Shown piece by piece: positions 11,901 through 23,900 of a stretch of DNA of 64,000 nucleotides. Each line of letters opens with the position of its first letter. The first letter of the stretch is position 1. Under the pieces are notes generated by a model. That model searched no databases and was not told the origin of the DNA. It saw only the letters and a program-made list of their open reading frames with translations. Source of the stretch: Eutreptiella sp. 'Long Island Sound 2002' (lineage: Eukaryota > Protista > Euglenida). Position numbers and translations under genes: made by a program. The stretch covers positions 195,176,001 through 195,240,000 of the forward strand of contig OZ038378.1 of assembly GCA_964036045.1 (NCBI GenBank), given 5' to 3'.

Positions 11901-14476
11901 CTGTACAAAAGAAAAACAGTCAACAGATTTCTCTACACGAAAATCTCCTTACCTGACACCATCTTTGTTGTGTGCGGATTTGCTCTGTATTCTTCATACT
12001 TTTATTCTGATGAGCTGGACATTTGAATTGCATTGGAGTCAGTATCATATCGTTATCATGTGCACCATGATTTGAATCAACATCTCCGCATTACCATGCC
12101 ATCCAACCTGAAACCCCAACAACGAACAACTGCCTGGGTGACCATGGCCGCCCACCCTTGCAGGCAAAAACAAAGTGATCAGTGTGCCAGCTTCCACTGT
12201 AACTCAATTTTTTGCGCACCCTACATTTGTCGAACAACGCCAGCTCTGGATCATCGAGCAGCAAAGATTATGAACAATGGCGTGTTTGCAAAAGGTTGTT
12301 CCATGAGACATGCAAGACCACCCAACCAAAATCCAAGCGAAAAAATCCAAATTAAAATCAATGGAAGCTGTGCACTTCCGGAACTGCGAAGTTTCCTTTG
12401 CATGGGCATGCCATGTACACCACGTTTGAGCAATGGTGAGAAACGCCAAATTGAGTTAGATGAGGTTAGCTATGCACTGCAACGCAATTTGACTCTGTTT
12501 CCTCGTTATTCTGTGGCACGTGTCCTCGTTATTCTGTGACAATGACATTGCCCCAGTGTGTGCACGTACATCCAAGATGATGTGAGAATGATCATGGCTG
12601 GCACATGGCTCACATGCCAAGCTCTGTGTGCTGCATTTGATGGAGAAATCACAGGATGGAACCAGACATGACCATGAAAAATGGCGCTCACTTACCAATG
12701 CCCACTACCCCGAGCCCCCCTACCCCTACTCAAATATCTTGCGTGCAGGCCTGTGACAGCTCAGCACATTCTTCTAAAAATGCTCGACCTTTCAGCATCG
12801 CATGCCATACTTTATGTTTGGGGTACTTGAGGGGATGAACTAAGCCATTATCCTGGCGTACAATGCAAAACTACTGTTCATGCTTCCAGCCGTGACGTGT
12901 GCCCAAACTGCTGCTGCCGGGATATGTGCCGCTCCTCAGTGCACTCTCATCAAACTGAAACATCCATTTGCATGTGCCACAAACCACCCCACCTGAATCA
13001 ACCTTCGACTTCTGGTGTTCACTCCCTGGGCTCGCTCAGCCCGCAGTACATAAACAGCAGCCACCTGCCCAAGAACCCGGTCAGAAGCGGATCATACCCA
13101 ATCACTTGCCACTTGCGACAGAGAACGCCCGCAGGGGCTGGCGTTCAATGAAAAGACAACATACCGCCAAATGGCAATTTTTGCTCAATAATCATCCATT
13201 GCTGCTCTGCTCAGCCGCAATTTGCCCGACGACTCGCCGCCACCACTCCTACGTTTGCCTGGTTGAGAACAAGAGGAACAGCGAATACAGTGTCTTGGGT
13301 GGCCAGCCGGTACCGGCCCGTCAAGATTGTCTGAATGATTGTGGATTGCTGTTCAGGATTGTGGTGGTCACCTGGCCAGAAACACAGCAGCCCTCAGACC
13401 GACGCACAGGCAATGTGTGTGAGAGCGCAGATTCCCCACAGTGTGCTGGTACTGGCTGTTGTGTTCATCCGTCCGCTGTCTGACCATGGCGAAGACACTC
13501 AGCAAATATGCGAACATAAGAGAGGGTACGATACATCAATATGCTGTCACACTCGGCCAGGGCCGACACTGCGCAGACTGGCAAGCGGGGGGGCGGAGCA
13601 TTCTATGTCAAACCTTGGTTTATTTAGGGCAAACCGCAGTTTTCTTTTCCTGTGCAATGGCGACAATTATGCTGCCACATTGTTTTTGGCACTCACGCCA
13701 GCCCTACCCTCGTCGGTACCTCGCCTCATATTGCAATGCGCGGTTCGTTTTATATGCACATGGAGTATGCAGTGTTTGCCACACTACCGGTCTGTTCTAG
13801 TCCTGTTGGGGAGGGAACTCGCTCGATCTTTCTTTCTTTCGGTGTTGCGCACTCGCTACCACAACGACCCCAACGGTGCCGAGTGCCAGCAGAGCTATGG
13901 CGAAGGGCAACGTCTTGCAGCGCGATGGCGACACCACCGTATGCGTGGTGAAGTCCACTGGTGTCCGTGTTGGTGTCACGTCTATGCTGACGACGTGGAC
14001 GTTAGTGTTGTGGTGTAGCTGGGGCCACGGTGCTGCTGCTGGCACTCATGCTCGTTGTTCTGCTGCTACAAATGACAACCGCTGTTTTTTTTTTTTGGCT
14101 TCGCTTTGTACTGAGTGAACCTCATGTCCAGCTTTGCGAAAGCCCTTGATACCGAGCAATACTGAGCAGCTCTTGGCGTGTCCGATCTGAGTCACACTGC
14201 CATTCTTTGGTCTGGGTCTTGCTCTGCCAGGGCTTGTATGGAAAGATTGTGGTGTGCCACTGTTGCCTTGTGTCACGTGGTTGGTGCATTGCCGCGTGGC
14301 GAGAGCCTGTACGCAAGCATCCACTGGCTGCCAGGAACGCAGGCCCAGCAACCGAAATCGACCTGGATGGTCGAGGGTCACTTCATCAATCTCCCCCCCC
14401 AAAAAACCTGAATGCAAGTGGACTGAACCAACAACACTGGCGCCCGCATAACAAATTCGGGGGCGGAAGACACCAC

Positions 14477-17400
14477 CTAACTGCACCCGCAACACGTATC
14501 CATCCGAGTCCAGCTGGTTGCCATTCATCTCCTCGACGGCTTTGATGGCATCCGCTCGGTTGTCGAAGGAGACCACTGCACTGCACGACCGTGAAGACGA
14601 ATTGAATTCCACAACCGTGTTTGGACCTGTGAAAACGCGGGAGAGTGCAGCGCCACCCATATTGCCGCTTGTTGTGGGCAGAACACGCAACATGCAGTGT
14701 GCAGAGTGTGCAGTTGGCAGTGTGTGCGTGTGCAATGCACCCCGTTGACTCCGCATTGCACACTGTACACGATGCCTCTGCATATTGCATATGGAACATG
14801 TACCCGCACCCTGCATGCAGTGTTCCCTGCACCTTTCACTTTGCACCTTGCACACTGCGCAATATGCCCAATGGAAAAAACACACTGCAAACCGCACTCT
14901 AAACGCAATTTGCAGACTGCGTGCTGGCTGCGCGCTCTGGACACTGAACTCTGCACCTTGGTTTTCCGTACAGGTGAGCCCATTCCCATCTCTTGCCTCT
15001 TCTCATGCATCGAAAAAGGGCGCCAAACAGACCCAAAGCAGCGTATCACTGCTTTTTTGAGCATCACAAGAGGTCTGGCACGTTTGTGAACCCTTTTGGA
15101 CCCTTTTTCGGCCCCAGATAGCCCTTGTGCGGGCAAAAATGGGTCAAACTCATCTCAAAACAGCCCAATAACACTGGTTTGAGCCCGTGAAGATCAGGAT
15201 TACTGTCTCCCCTGTCCTTGTGCTCCAGTGCAGTGCAATCCCGCAGAATCCTATTTCCGTGTGATGCCCATCCAGGGCAGAGCGGGCGCACTGGTGACGC
15301 AGGCTGCTTCCCCTCCTCCTCCTCCTCTCCTGACGCACTGACAGGACAAACCCCTGCCCCCAGCGCAATCCCAACCGCACCCTTCACCATCCAAAACTGG
15401 ATTCCACACGAGCTACAAGACAGCATCGCGGGGCGCACCATAATTTGAGCACAATCGATGCACGTCCGCGTCGTTCAGGTCTGGTGCCATGTTGTCAATA
15501 GAAACCTTTGCCGCGAATCCCGTGACGATCTCGCTGGAGCGGCGGCCGGTTCCCTTGCCGCGTGGTGCTCTGTGGCACACAAGTAGTTGCATGAATCCAA
15601 CACGCCTTGGAGCGGGAAGGGGGCCAGAGCCTGAGACCCAATGGTCAATTAAAAAAAACCCAAGACTTTTGTTCATGTGCAAACTTTGATTTTGCCCCGA
15701 GGATTTGCTGTTGGACTCCCGGGAGGGGGGTTTGGTATGACACCTTGGTGTGTTTTGGTCTGCAACTGGCGGCGCCAATTGGCCGATCGCCACTTACTGC
15801 CCTTCCCTTGGACCCTTTCCCTCCATAGGCGGCGGTGCCCATCGGCCTCTCACCCCCCTGTGTCCTTCCTCTGCCTCCTGGCCTTTCTTTCCCTCTCTAC
15901 TTCCCTTTCCTTTCCCTTGGCAGGCTGCGCCAACAGAGCCCCCGGACTTTCCCCGTTTCACTGCTCTACGTGGGGTCCACACAGGACCCGAGAGGGGTGA
16001 TGACTCCTCTAGATTTTCCATCAAAGCATCATTGCCCTCCGTCCTCCTGGCCCGAGGGCAGCTTGGCACCCAATCCCGTCATGGCCTGTTCGCCCATTGC
16101 CGTGTTAATATCAAAGCGGGATGAGCTGTTTTTGGGGTTAGGTGGGTGTTGTAAGTAGCATGGGTGGGGGGTGTCGGGGGTGATGTCAAATTGCCATTCG
16201 GATGGAAAATGACCTTTCACGTGCATTTGCAAATCACCTTGGCTGCTTGACCAATGGAAGACAATATGATGATTGATAAAGTTGGTAATGAAATCAGATA
16301 TGATGGAGTCAATATGATGATGGAACCCCTAATTTCCCCTCTAAGGGAACTTTGCCGGCATGTGGTCAACTCCGTTATGGAACAAACAGGGAAAGCTTGA
16401 GTGATTGACGGCCACATTCGTCATGTTGTGAATTTGCCCACAAATGCTCCGCGGTGATTCCCGTCCTTGTCATGCTTCCGCCATGCAACCTTCAGCTTCT
16501 TGACCTCGTGACGTCATGTTCATGTACTCTCCTCAACACCCCTTGTACTCACCTTCCTCCGAAGTCCCCGAAGTATTCCCGGGGAAGCATGTTGCAACCT
16601 GCTACTTGTGCGTTTCTCGTTCTCCTCCTCAAACATATCGTGGACCCATCTCTCTTCACGGTTTCCCCCCTTCTCACCTGCCAGAAACCGAAACACACGG
16701 CGCAGATGTGAATGGCCATTGTGGATAATGCAAGAAACGACGAAAAATGAGGGAATGAAACCCTTGCTCTACCCGGTGTGCGTTCAAACACCATATTGTG
16801 TCTCCTCCACAAGTAGAAGTTGTAGCAAGTTTGCTCTTGAGCTCTCCATATCATCATCCGCGATGTCCGTAGTCCATTGTCAACCATTTTCTTTCGGCAC
16901 CATCCCCTCCTGTATGATGCTCTGAGTTTAGCAAGTGTTGTATATCATGGAGCACAAGGGCGCCATCTACACATGCACATCCTCCACACCGCAAGATGGA
17001 CAACCCTTGCGGAAGCACGGCGTCCAATGTTCGAAGGTCATGTTCACGTGTGTTGTCCTCGCGGTGAGAGGTGCCCTTTGATGGGTGAATTATACATGAT
17101 GGGCGCATTGATCGAGATTTCTGAATGGGAGCAATCCACACCCTTCCCGCGTTGGTTACGCACTACTGTCCGTCCTTGCGCTTCGTTCGATCCACCGCCT
17201 CGAGAATACGGGTGGCTCCTAAGGCTTTTTGTCATCCGCTTTGGATTGAAGCTTCGCTCTACAAACATGGGAGATGCACTTGCGGCGATTGGTGGCATGC
17301 CAAAGAAAACGAGAACTACTACTTCACGTCAACTACCCCAAAAGCGGATACCCTTGTATCGTTCGCTTGTGCTTGCGTCGGTCAACACACCGTCCTCATC

Positions 17401-17516
17401 GTCCACATCGTACATATCGTGGGACCATTTGCCACCTGTATCTTGGCGACGAACGCCACGTTCCCGTTCCCGGTCTTGTTGTCGGTCTCTCACGGTGTAG
17501 CTTCTCGGTGCATTGC
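14477..17516 (-). CDS. ALY/REF (THOC4/Yra1)-like RRM mRNA-export adaptor, partial spliced model
   Basis: GT-AG exons 17516-17352 (GKWSHDMYD), 17258-17142 (RSHPYSR), 16677-16553 (RWVHDMFE), 15569-15439 (AKVSIDNMAPDLNDADVHRLCSNY) and 14626-14477 (GPNTVVEFNSSSRSCSAVVSFDNRADAIKAVEEMNGNQLDS..VLRVQL). The order PYSR - WxHD - RRM with RADAxKAxxxxNG matches ALY/REF. At least one exon between 16553 and 15569 and the 5' end are missing; a possible last exon lies at 14065-14046. Confidence 0.7.
15745..15910 (+). repeat. Dispersed repeat fragment (TGGCGGCGCCAATTGGCC core)
   Basis: Shares the TGGCGGCGCCWATTGGCC core with the minus strand of the repeat at about 43930-43960. Confidence 0.5.
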
Positions 17517-20500
17517 CTACAGTGAGCACGGCGTACAGTGCGGCACGTGGCATCAACGGACGAGGGTAGCGGTAGTCGCGGGACAAGGGTAGTGGGGGGT
17601 AGCCTTCTTCACCAACTCAAGGTACAATTAACTTGGTGCATGATGCGTTCCACGAAATGGCACGGCATCCCCCCTTGGTGGCCGAAAAACCCAAAGATAG
17701 TGGGCCCACCGAGAGACGTTAAACCGAGGGCTCGTTTGCCAGAGATCGAGCAATTGCAATGCTACGTAGTCCAAGTTAGCAGGCCACAAAAGCAAGCGAT
17801 TGCCTCCAATGGCCCGCGGAGCGATACCACCACTCCCTGTCTACAAAAAAGGTGTAAAGAGCGCACAAGACTCCCAAAAATGGGGGAAAAAGGTTCAAAT
17901 GCACATTGCAACTCAAAGCATAGCAAACAAAAGCAAAAGAGCTATCATAGAACGCGGCAAAAAAGAAAAAAAATGCATCCACGAGAGCAACAAGAGTTCA
18001 AAGCGGAGCAAATAAAAGCAAAACTACTCTCGTAGAAAGAGGCAAAAAATCATGAGAAAAACATCGCAATTGCAAGAACAGACAATGAGGCAAAAAAACA
18101 AGCAAAAAACCCAAGTGTGCACTTGATCGGGCCCGTCCTTAGGGGCTCAGAGGACTACGAAGGTGGCGAAGCAACGTGTACACGAAGAAAGCCGTCGTCA
18201 GTGGATGTCATTTGGTTGTCGTGCCGTGGCGGGCATGGCAATATTTTTCACCACTGCCGTGCCTGGTACCTAAGAAGCCCGCCCCCGCCTCCGATACCGC
18301 GGCGGTTTCAAGCCATACCGGCTATCCCATATTCGTTGAAATCTCGCACCATCAAGTGGTCCCCTCGCGCTCCTCCCTCCGAATCGGCATACATGATACG
18401 AGAGTGCAAGGACCTGAGCAAAAGCACAGGGTCGTTAATGAGGGAGGGGCAGACCCCGAAAAAAAGGCACAAACCACCTCGTCCATCAGCGTCGACACCT
18501 CCGCGCCTCACAACAAAAGCTTAAGATGCTAGCAAACAATTTGCTCTCATCCAACTCACGCGCCTGTGCGTTCACGCTAGAATCGCACGTGAACCGCACG
18601 AGCAGTGTTGCATGATGTGCTACGCAATGACTTCTCGTTGATTCACGAGTCTTGCGAGGCGATGAGACTCAAATGTCACTTGGAAGTGTCTTCAAGAGGT
18701 GAAAAACCTTTTGAATGTGTGTTTGTGGACGCAATCTAGCAACAATCTTCAGCCATCCCTTGGCACATACGATAGTCGTGGCACCGAGAGGAAGCAGGCA
18801 CGGCAAGCCGTGCGTGCGCAACGACTTTCACACTATGTCCATCCTTGTGCTAATCCAACCATGAGTCGCTTCATCTGGCCTACCATATTCTGCTTGAAAC
18901 TTGTGACGCATGTCGCAACAATGGCTCGGGTGCTGAAGGAAGTGTCTAGTGAACGGAACTCCGAGTGGTCAACTCTGGGTTACTTGTCTTTGATGGGCAA
19001 CACGACCACATGCACCAAAGCGTTGGAAGCCCATAACGAGGTGTCATATCAACAAGTTGACATGATATTTGCCATTCGTATCGTCTTTTCACAAGCGCTA
19101 CTACATCCGACACTGTGTGCTTAAACGTGTAGATGAATACGGAACTAAGGTTAAGGGATCCGTTGGGGTCCCAAATAACTTTCTTTGGTGCTGCCCACAC
19201 TACCACATGTAGTATCCCATGATTAAAACCGGCTTGAAAAAATTCTCTTTTCCCGTGGATGTCTTGCGATGTGGGGCAATGTTTTCACCCCATGTAGCGT
19301 AAAAATCCACAAAAAAATTGCAGGCTAGCAGAATTTCAATGATCCTTGGGTGGATATTTTCCAATGCCGAATGTCAACAATTTCATTATGTTATCATGCA
19401 TCAAGCTCATCGATCCCACAAATGCAATTATTTGTGGAAACTATGATGCCGCAATTGTTTGTGGAAAATAGCTTAAGGGTCCCGTAGCGCTTTGTTGTTT
19501 GTGGGTTGGCGTTTTCCTCCAATTCCACCGACCACCGGAGAGCTCTGCGGCATAGACACCACACTACATATGCTACCTTAAAACGGGGTGAACAAAGGTT
19601 GTTAGGAAAGTTGAAACTCCTACTTGGGGATACATGGGGGTGTTCGCTGGACCCATATGGATGTGAGAAGGGGTTGAACACGTTTTTTGCGTACACCACT
19701 AAATTATCGCAGGCAAAGCACACAAAGACTCGTGAATAGGCACTTTCAGCAAGCATGAGAAGACACAAAGGGCTATAGCTGAAAACGGAAGCGTGCATCG
19801 TGTACCAACGGGCCCATTAAGGCCCCATACAGGGCCCCATTCGTGTCCTTTGGTTGCCCTCCTTTCCTGATCATATTTCTGAGTACTTTCGTCTTTATGT
19901 AACTACATGTCACCTGTGTTGCCCACCTTGGTTGTATGACCCATTTTTGGCGACTTCGCGTCCCACTTGCAACACATTGTTGTTCACTTCCAAAAGTCTT
20001 GCTCTCAAACAAGGTCCCCTTGATGTCAGCCACCAATGCATTGCCCCAAGTTACACCCTTGTGGTGCCTATCTGACCTTGCGCTCTGGAGAAGGCGGCAC
20101 CAAGGGCAACTCGGGTGGCGTCGGCACCCAACAATACTTTCTTACCATTTCAGGGTGCACCATCAGGATCCATGGATCTGACAGTTTGAGTGTTCATAAA
20201 TCAATGTAGGAATGGATTTATAAAAGTTATTCGTGGACCTGGTGGCGCTCTATGATTTTCGACAAAACTTCAAAACGGCGGAAAATGGATGGCCAAACCA
20301 CCTTCCGAGTCCTCGAAGCGCCAGCGTCATTCTCAGCATGTACAAGAAGAAAAAACCATGCACCAGCGTAAAGTAGTGGAGCTTACCTGCCTGTTCTATC
20401 GCAGAACCGGCCGGAGTGTACGTGAGTCACGTACTGGTAGGCGGTGTGCTCCTCTAATGCTATGGCAGGTGTCGAGCTCGCTACCAATTTCAGACGGTAT

Positions 20501-20603
20501 TTTTCTTAAATCTCGAAGTACTGCAAGCCTTAGGGCAGCCAATTTGATCACAGTTACTACCGTACAGAAATTACCGAGGCAGGAAATGACAGCACGACGT
20601 TTT

Positions 20604-20645
20604 CCTCCGAGGCTCGCGAGGCTCCCTCCGAGGCTCGCGAGGCTC
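20604..20645. repeat. Perfect 21-bp tandem duplication in the divergent intergenic region
   Basis: CCTCCGAGGCTCGCGAGGCTC x2, about 200 nt upstream of the MSH5 ATG. Confidence 0.9.
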
Positions 20646-20850
20646 CCGAGGAATGCGAGCCTTTGGCCACCGGCTGCCCAATATCACCTATAAAGGTAGA
20701 GTAACTACATCAGCGCACCTCCCGGGGGGACACCATTCTCCTTTGTCTCCTTCTTGTGTTGCTGCTGACCGGGTGGAAGTTTTCTAATTGTGCTAAGGCA
20801 AAGACATTTGATCTTGTATCAAAACAGCTTCATTCTAGTGGAAGCGAAGG

Positions 20851-20901
20851 ATGGACGGCTTTGTCGAAAACGAACACGGGCGTGACGACCCCACGACAAA
20901 G
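20851..20901 (+). CDS. MSH5: MSH5 exon 1 (MDGFVENEHGRDDPTTK)
   Basis: ATG in frame, donor GTATAC in phase 0; the least conserved exon. Confidence 0.7.
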
Positions 20902-23900
20902 GTATACTTGCGTTGGTGATGAATGACGGATGAATGACAATTTGTGAACGAAAGATCAAAACTGTATGCATTGTTCCTACAGATCTATTGGCAACATTCT
21001 TATGCATGCTTCGCCGTGCTCGTCGTAAGCCCAACTGAGGAGTTCACCCTTGTCAACGCCCAATTTTAGTTACGTATTGAACACCAACTTTGTGTAGGTA
21101 CGTTCTTTGATTGCCTTTCATCCCTACAGGCTGTATTGGCCGTGGTTTGGAACCAACAAACAAGGTATCCGCCCGCTTCCTTTTTCTTTTGATGCACTTT
21201 CTCGGTGTGGAGCTCGCTCTCTTTCTCTCGGTCAACCGCTTGCGTCCAGGTTAGGATTTGCACATTGGAATGAGTCAGATCAAATTGTGCGCCTAGGAGA
21301 ATGCTTCGTATGTTTCTCATCGGCATCGCTCACATGAATCTCGGCAATGATTCGATGGGTGCCCTTTGATGGTGGAGTCACCTCAATCGCCGTCTACGGA
21401 AATACACACACATAAGGAGCCTTATGCCCGTGTCCTCTAAGGGGTCCAAGTTCGAAAGCGTTTAGTGGTTTCCATCTCCGTACAAGTGGCGGGCCCCGAC
21501 ATTGCGCAAATAGGGCAACACCAACTACTCTCACAGAGGCCTAGAGCGAAAGCGTTTCGCTGACTCCATTCCATATTTGAACATTAGTACAAGTGCACAT
21601 TAGCAAGGGCACCACCACACGCTTTTTGGCATGATGGTCCCGCCCCGGGTAATCGCTATGACGTCACACGTTCATGGGTCGCGTGACCACTTGGTAGTTG
21701 GCATTCTCGGGACAACCACAAACACCACTTTGACCAATCATTTCATGGACCCATTTCTACCACGGCACTTCTACATGGCGCATGGTCCCATCCTAGGATT
21801 CAAGTGATTTTCTCAACGTCCACAAAAGTATGTCTCCGGCAAGTGCATTGCGACTTGCAAGGTAGCGACATAGGAATTGCGGAGTGATGTGTCGCGGTTG
21901 AAAGTATGAAGGTCCATCCTCCTAATGCATTTAGTTGTCTATGACATCCGGCCCACGTTTGTGGTAGCACCCGCCAACTCCGACAAGAGACTTTTCGCCG
22001 CTCTCTCGTCACATGGTATGTTTTTCGTGGCGGTATCGGAGCCTCTTGCGAGTCACCTTTGGGGAGAAGGGTCCGCCCACCATCCCGTCTTCCACAACAG
22101 ATGAACAATATCCCTTCGAACTGAAGTGTTTAAAGAAGCATGATTTCTCTTATGAAGCGGCCAAGCAAAGGCTACCACGGCTTGGAGCACGTGGAAATGG
22201 TATGATGCATGGGGTCACGAGAAGTTGTTATGATCGTCGCTTGTGGTGGGAGGGCCAACGAAGAACCATTCGCCGGGCAAAGCGCGTGGATACGCGGTCC
22301 GTCGCCACCAACCTACCATTTTTCATTGCGTCCACAATGCGTCACACCCGCATGAATATTGAGCACAGATGAAAGGTTTCATCGTCGGCGCATGTTTGTT
22401 CAGGTGAAAATCATGGTGTTGGGCTAGACTTTGTGTTCACTCATGGTTCGATTTTCGGACCCGACGCCGCCTTGATGGTATCATGCAAGTGTCAAGTGTG
22501 ACGAGCCTTGTGAGACATAGCCGAATGTGCTTGCGTGTGCCCCCCCCGCCATGTTGACTCGGTTCAACACCTTTGCACTTGGCGAAACTCCGAGCACGGT
22601 GCGGGCCATAGGCGAGTGTGTGAGCGCATTGCATCTGGCCTTGGGTCTTTGGGAGGAGGCAAGGGGGTTGGGTTGGCTTGCATCGGGCCGTTCGGCATTC
22701 GTCACATTTCGTTGTTACATTTCCTCGTTTCATTTCTTGTACAGATTTCTAGCGTTGGGGGACTCATAACATTTCTTGCGGAGTGGGACGCAAGTCGCGA
22801 AGTGAAGGCATTCGTTCAAATACCAGTGTATGCCATGCGCACCCAAATACCCCAAAACGCCACGTACCCAAATCTCACACGGCCCCGTACGAGACGATGC
22901 CCACACAATCAACTTGCGCGTCCGAGGGTTGCATTCTTAGCCGAGCCATCAAACCGTGGGTGTCGCCGCCTCCGTGTCGTTTAGGGTTGGCATGATGAGC
23001 ATCGACAAAAATACTTTGGAGGCCCTACAGGTGTGTTTCGGTTTGATGCACGAAAACCGGCTAAACAGGCAAATGCGGAGCTTTGGCACGATGTAAGGAT
23101 TGAGGAGTAGAGTCCCCGAAAAATGCAAAATGCAAAAACTCCACCGTGCATCATCCCCCACCCCACCACAACCGGATGGGTGGAAGTACCCGGCTCCCAC
23201 AAACCTCGTTCACCCCACCCCTCCGTACCGGTGGCAGAGGAGCCCTACAAGCCCGAGACAACCAACCTAGGCGAGGGTGGGATCGAACGGCCCCCGGTAG
23301 TTGGTAACCCCCAACCAAAGAAGGTGAAGTGGACGGCCGCTAGCATACTATCCAAACCACAATCTCAATCTAATTGAAACAGAAGATACCCAAGTGCCAA
23401 GAACATAAGTTTGTGTACTAGCCGTCGTCCACTTCACCTTCTTTGGTTGGGGGTTACCACCTACCCGGGGCCGTTGAATCCCACCCTCGCCTTGCGTGGC
23501 TGTCTAGGGCTTGCAGAATTACCATACCACTGGGGTGAACGATGTGGTGGGAGCCGGGTGCCTCCACCCATCCGGTTGTGGTGGCATGAGGGATGATGGA
23601 CGGTGGAGTTTTTGCATGTTTCACAACGTGCATGGTGATTGGTGCAACTTGACGTTGCAAGGAAACCTCTTTGTCCTTGGCTCTCCCAATTTAGCGAAAA
23701 TCGGGGCCCATTTATGCCGTCATTCCCACGGCCACGAAGTTTGGAGGTTGTTGTGTTATGCATTTGACGTGTAGCACGGGCCCAAGTGGGTGCGGGTGGG
23801 TTTTGCGTCACCAATACACCCTATGCTCGTCACCACAGGTGTTCAAGTCGGATCAACACCCTGCTGCCCATCAAGGCCTAGGCCGCTCAAAGGAGGGATT

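Noticed and set aside
6020-16910. Several exon-like minus-strand frames interrupted by TGA (about 6020, 6435 and 16860), plus the stop-ridden frame at 50110-50520, suggesting stop-codon reassignment
   Set aside because: The 806-aa MSH5 model and the 1450-aa pol ORF contain no internal stops, Trp is encoded by TGG, and MSH5 ends at TGA. Every stop codon is one C-to-T change from a sense codon, so that pattern is not evidence either.
20983-21024. Alternative MSH5 exon candidate (..FLCMLRRAR) with a GTAAGC donor
   Set aside because: Its phase is incompatible with exon 3. Exon 21130-21164 (AVLAVVWNQQTR) fits both phase and homology better.
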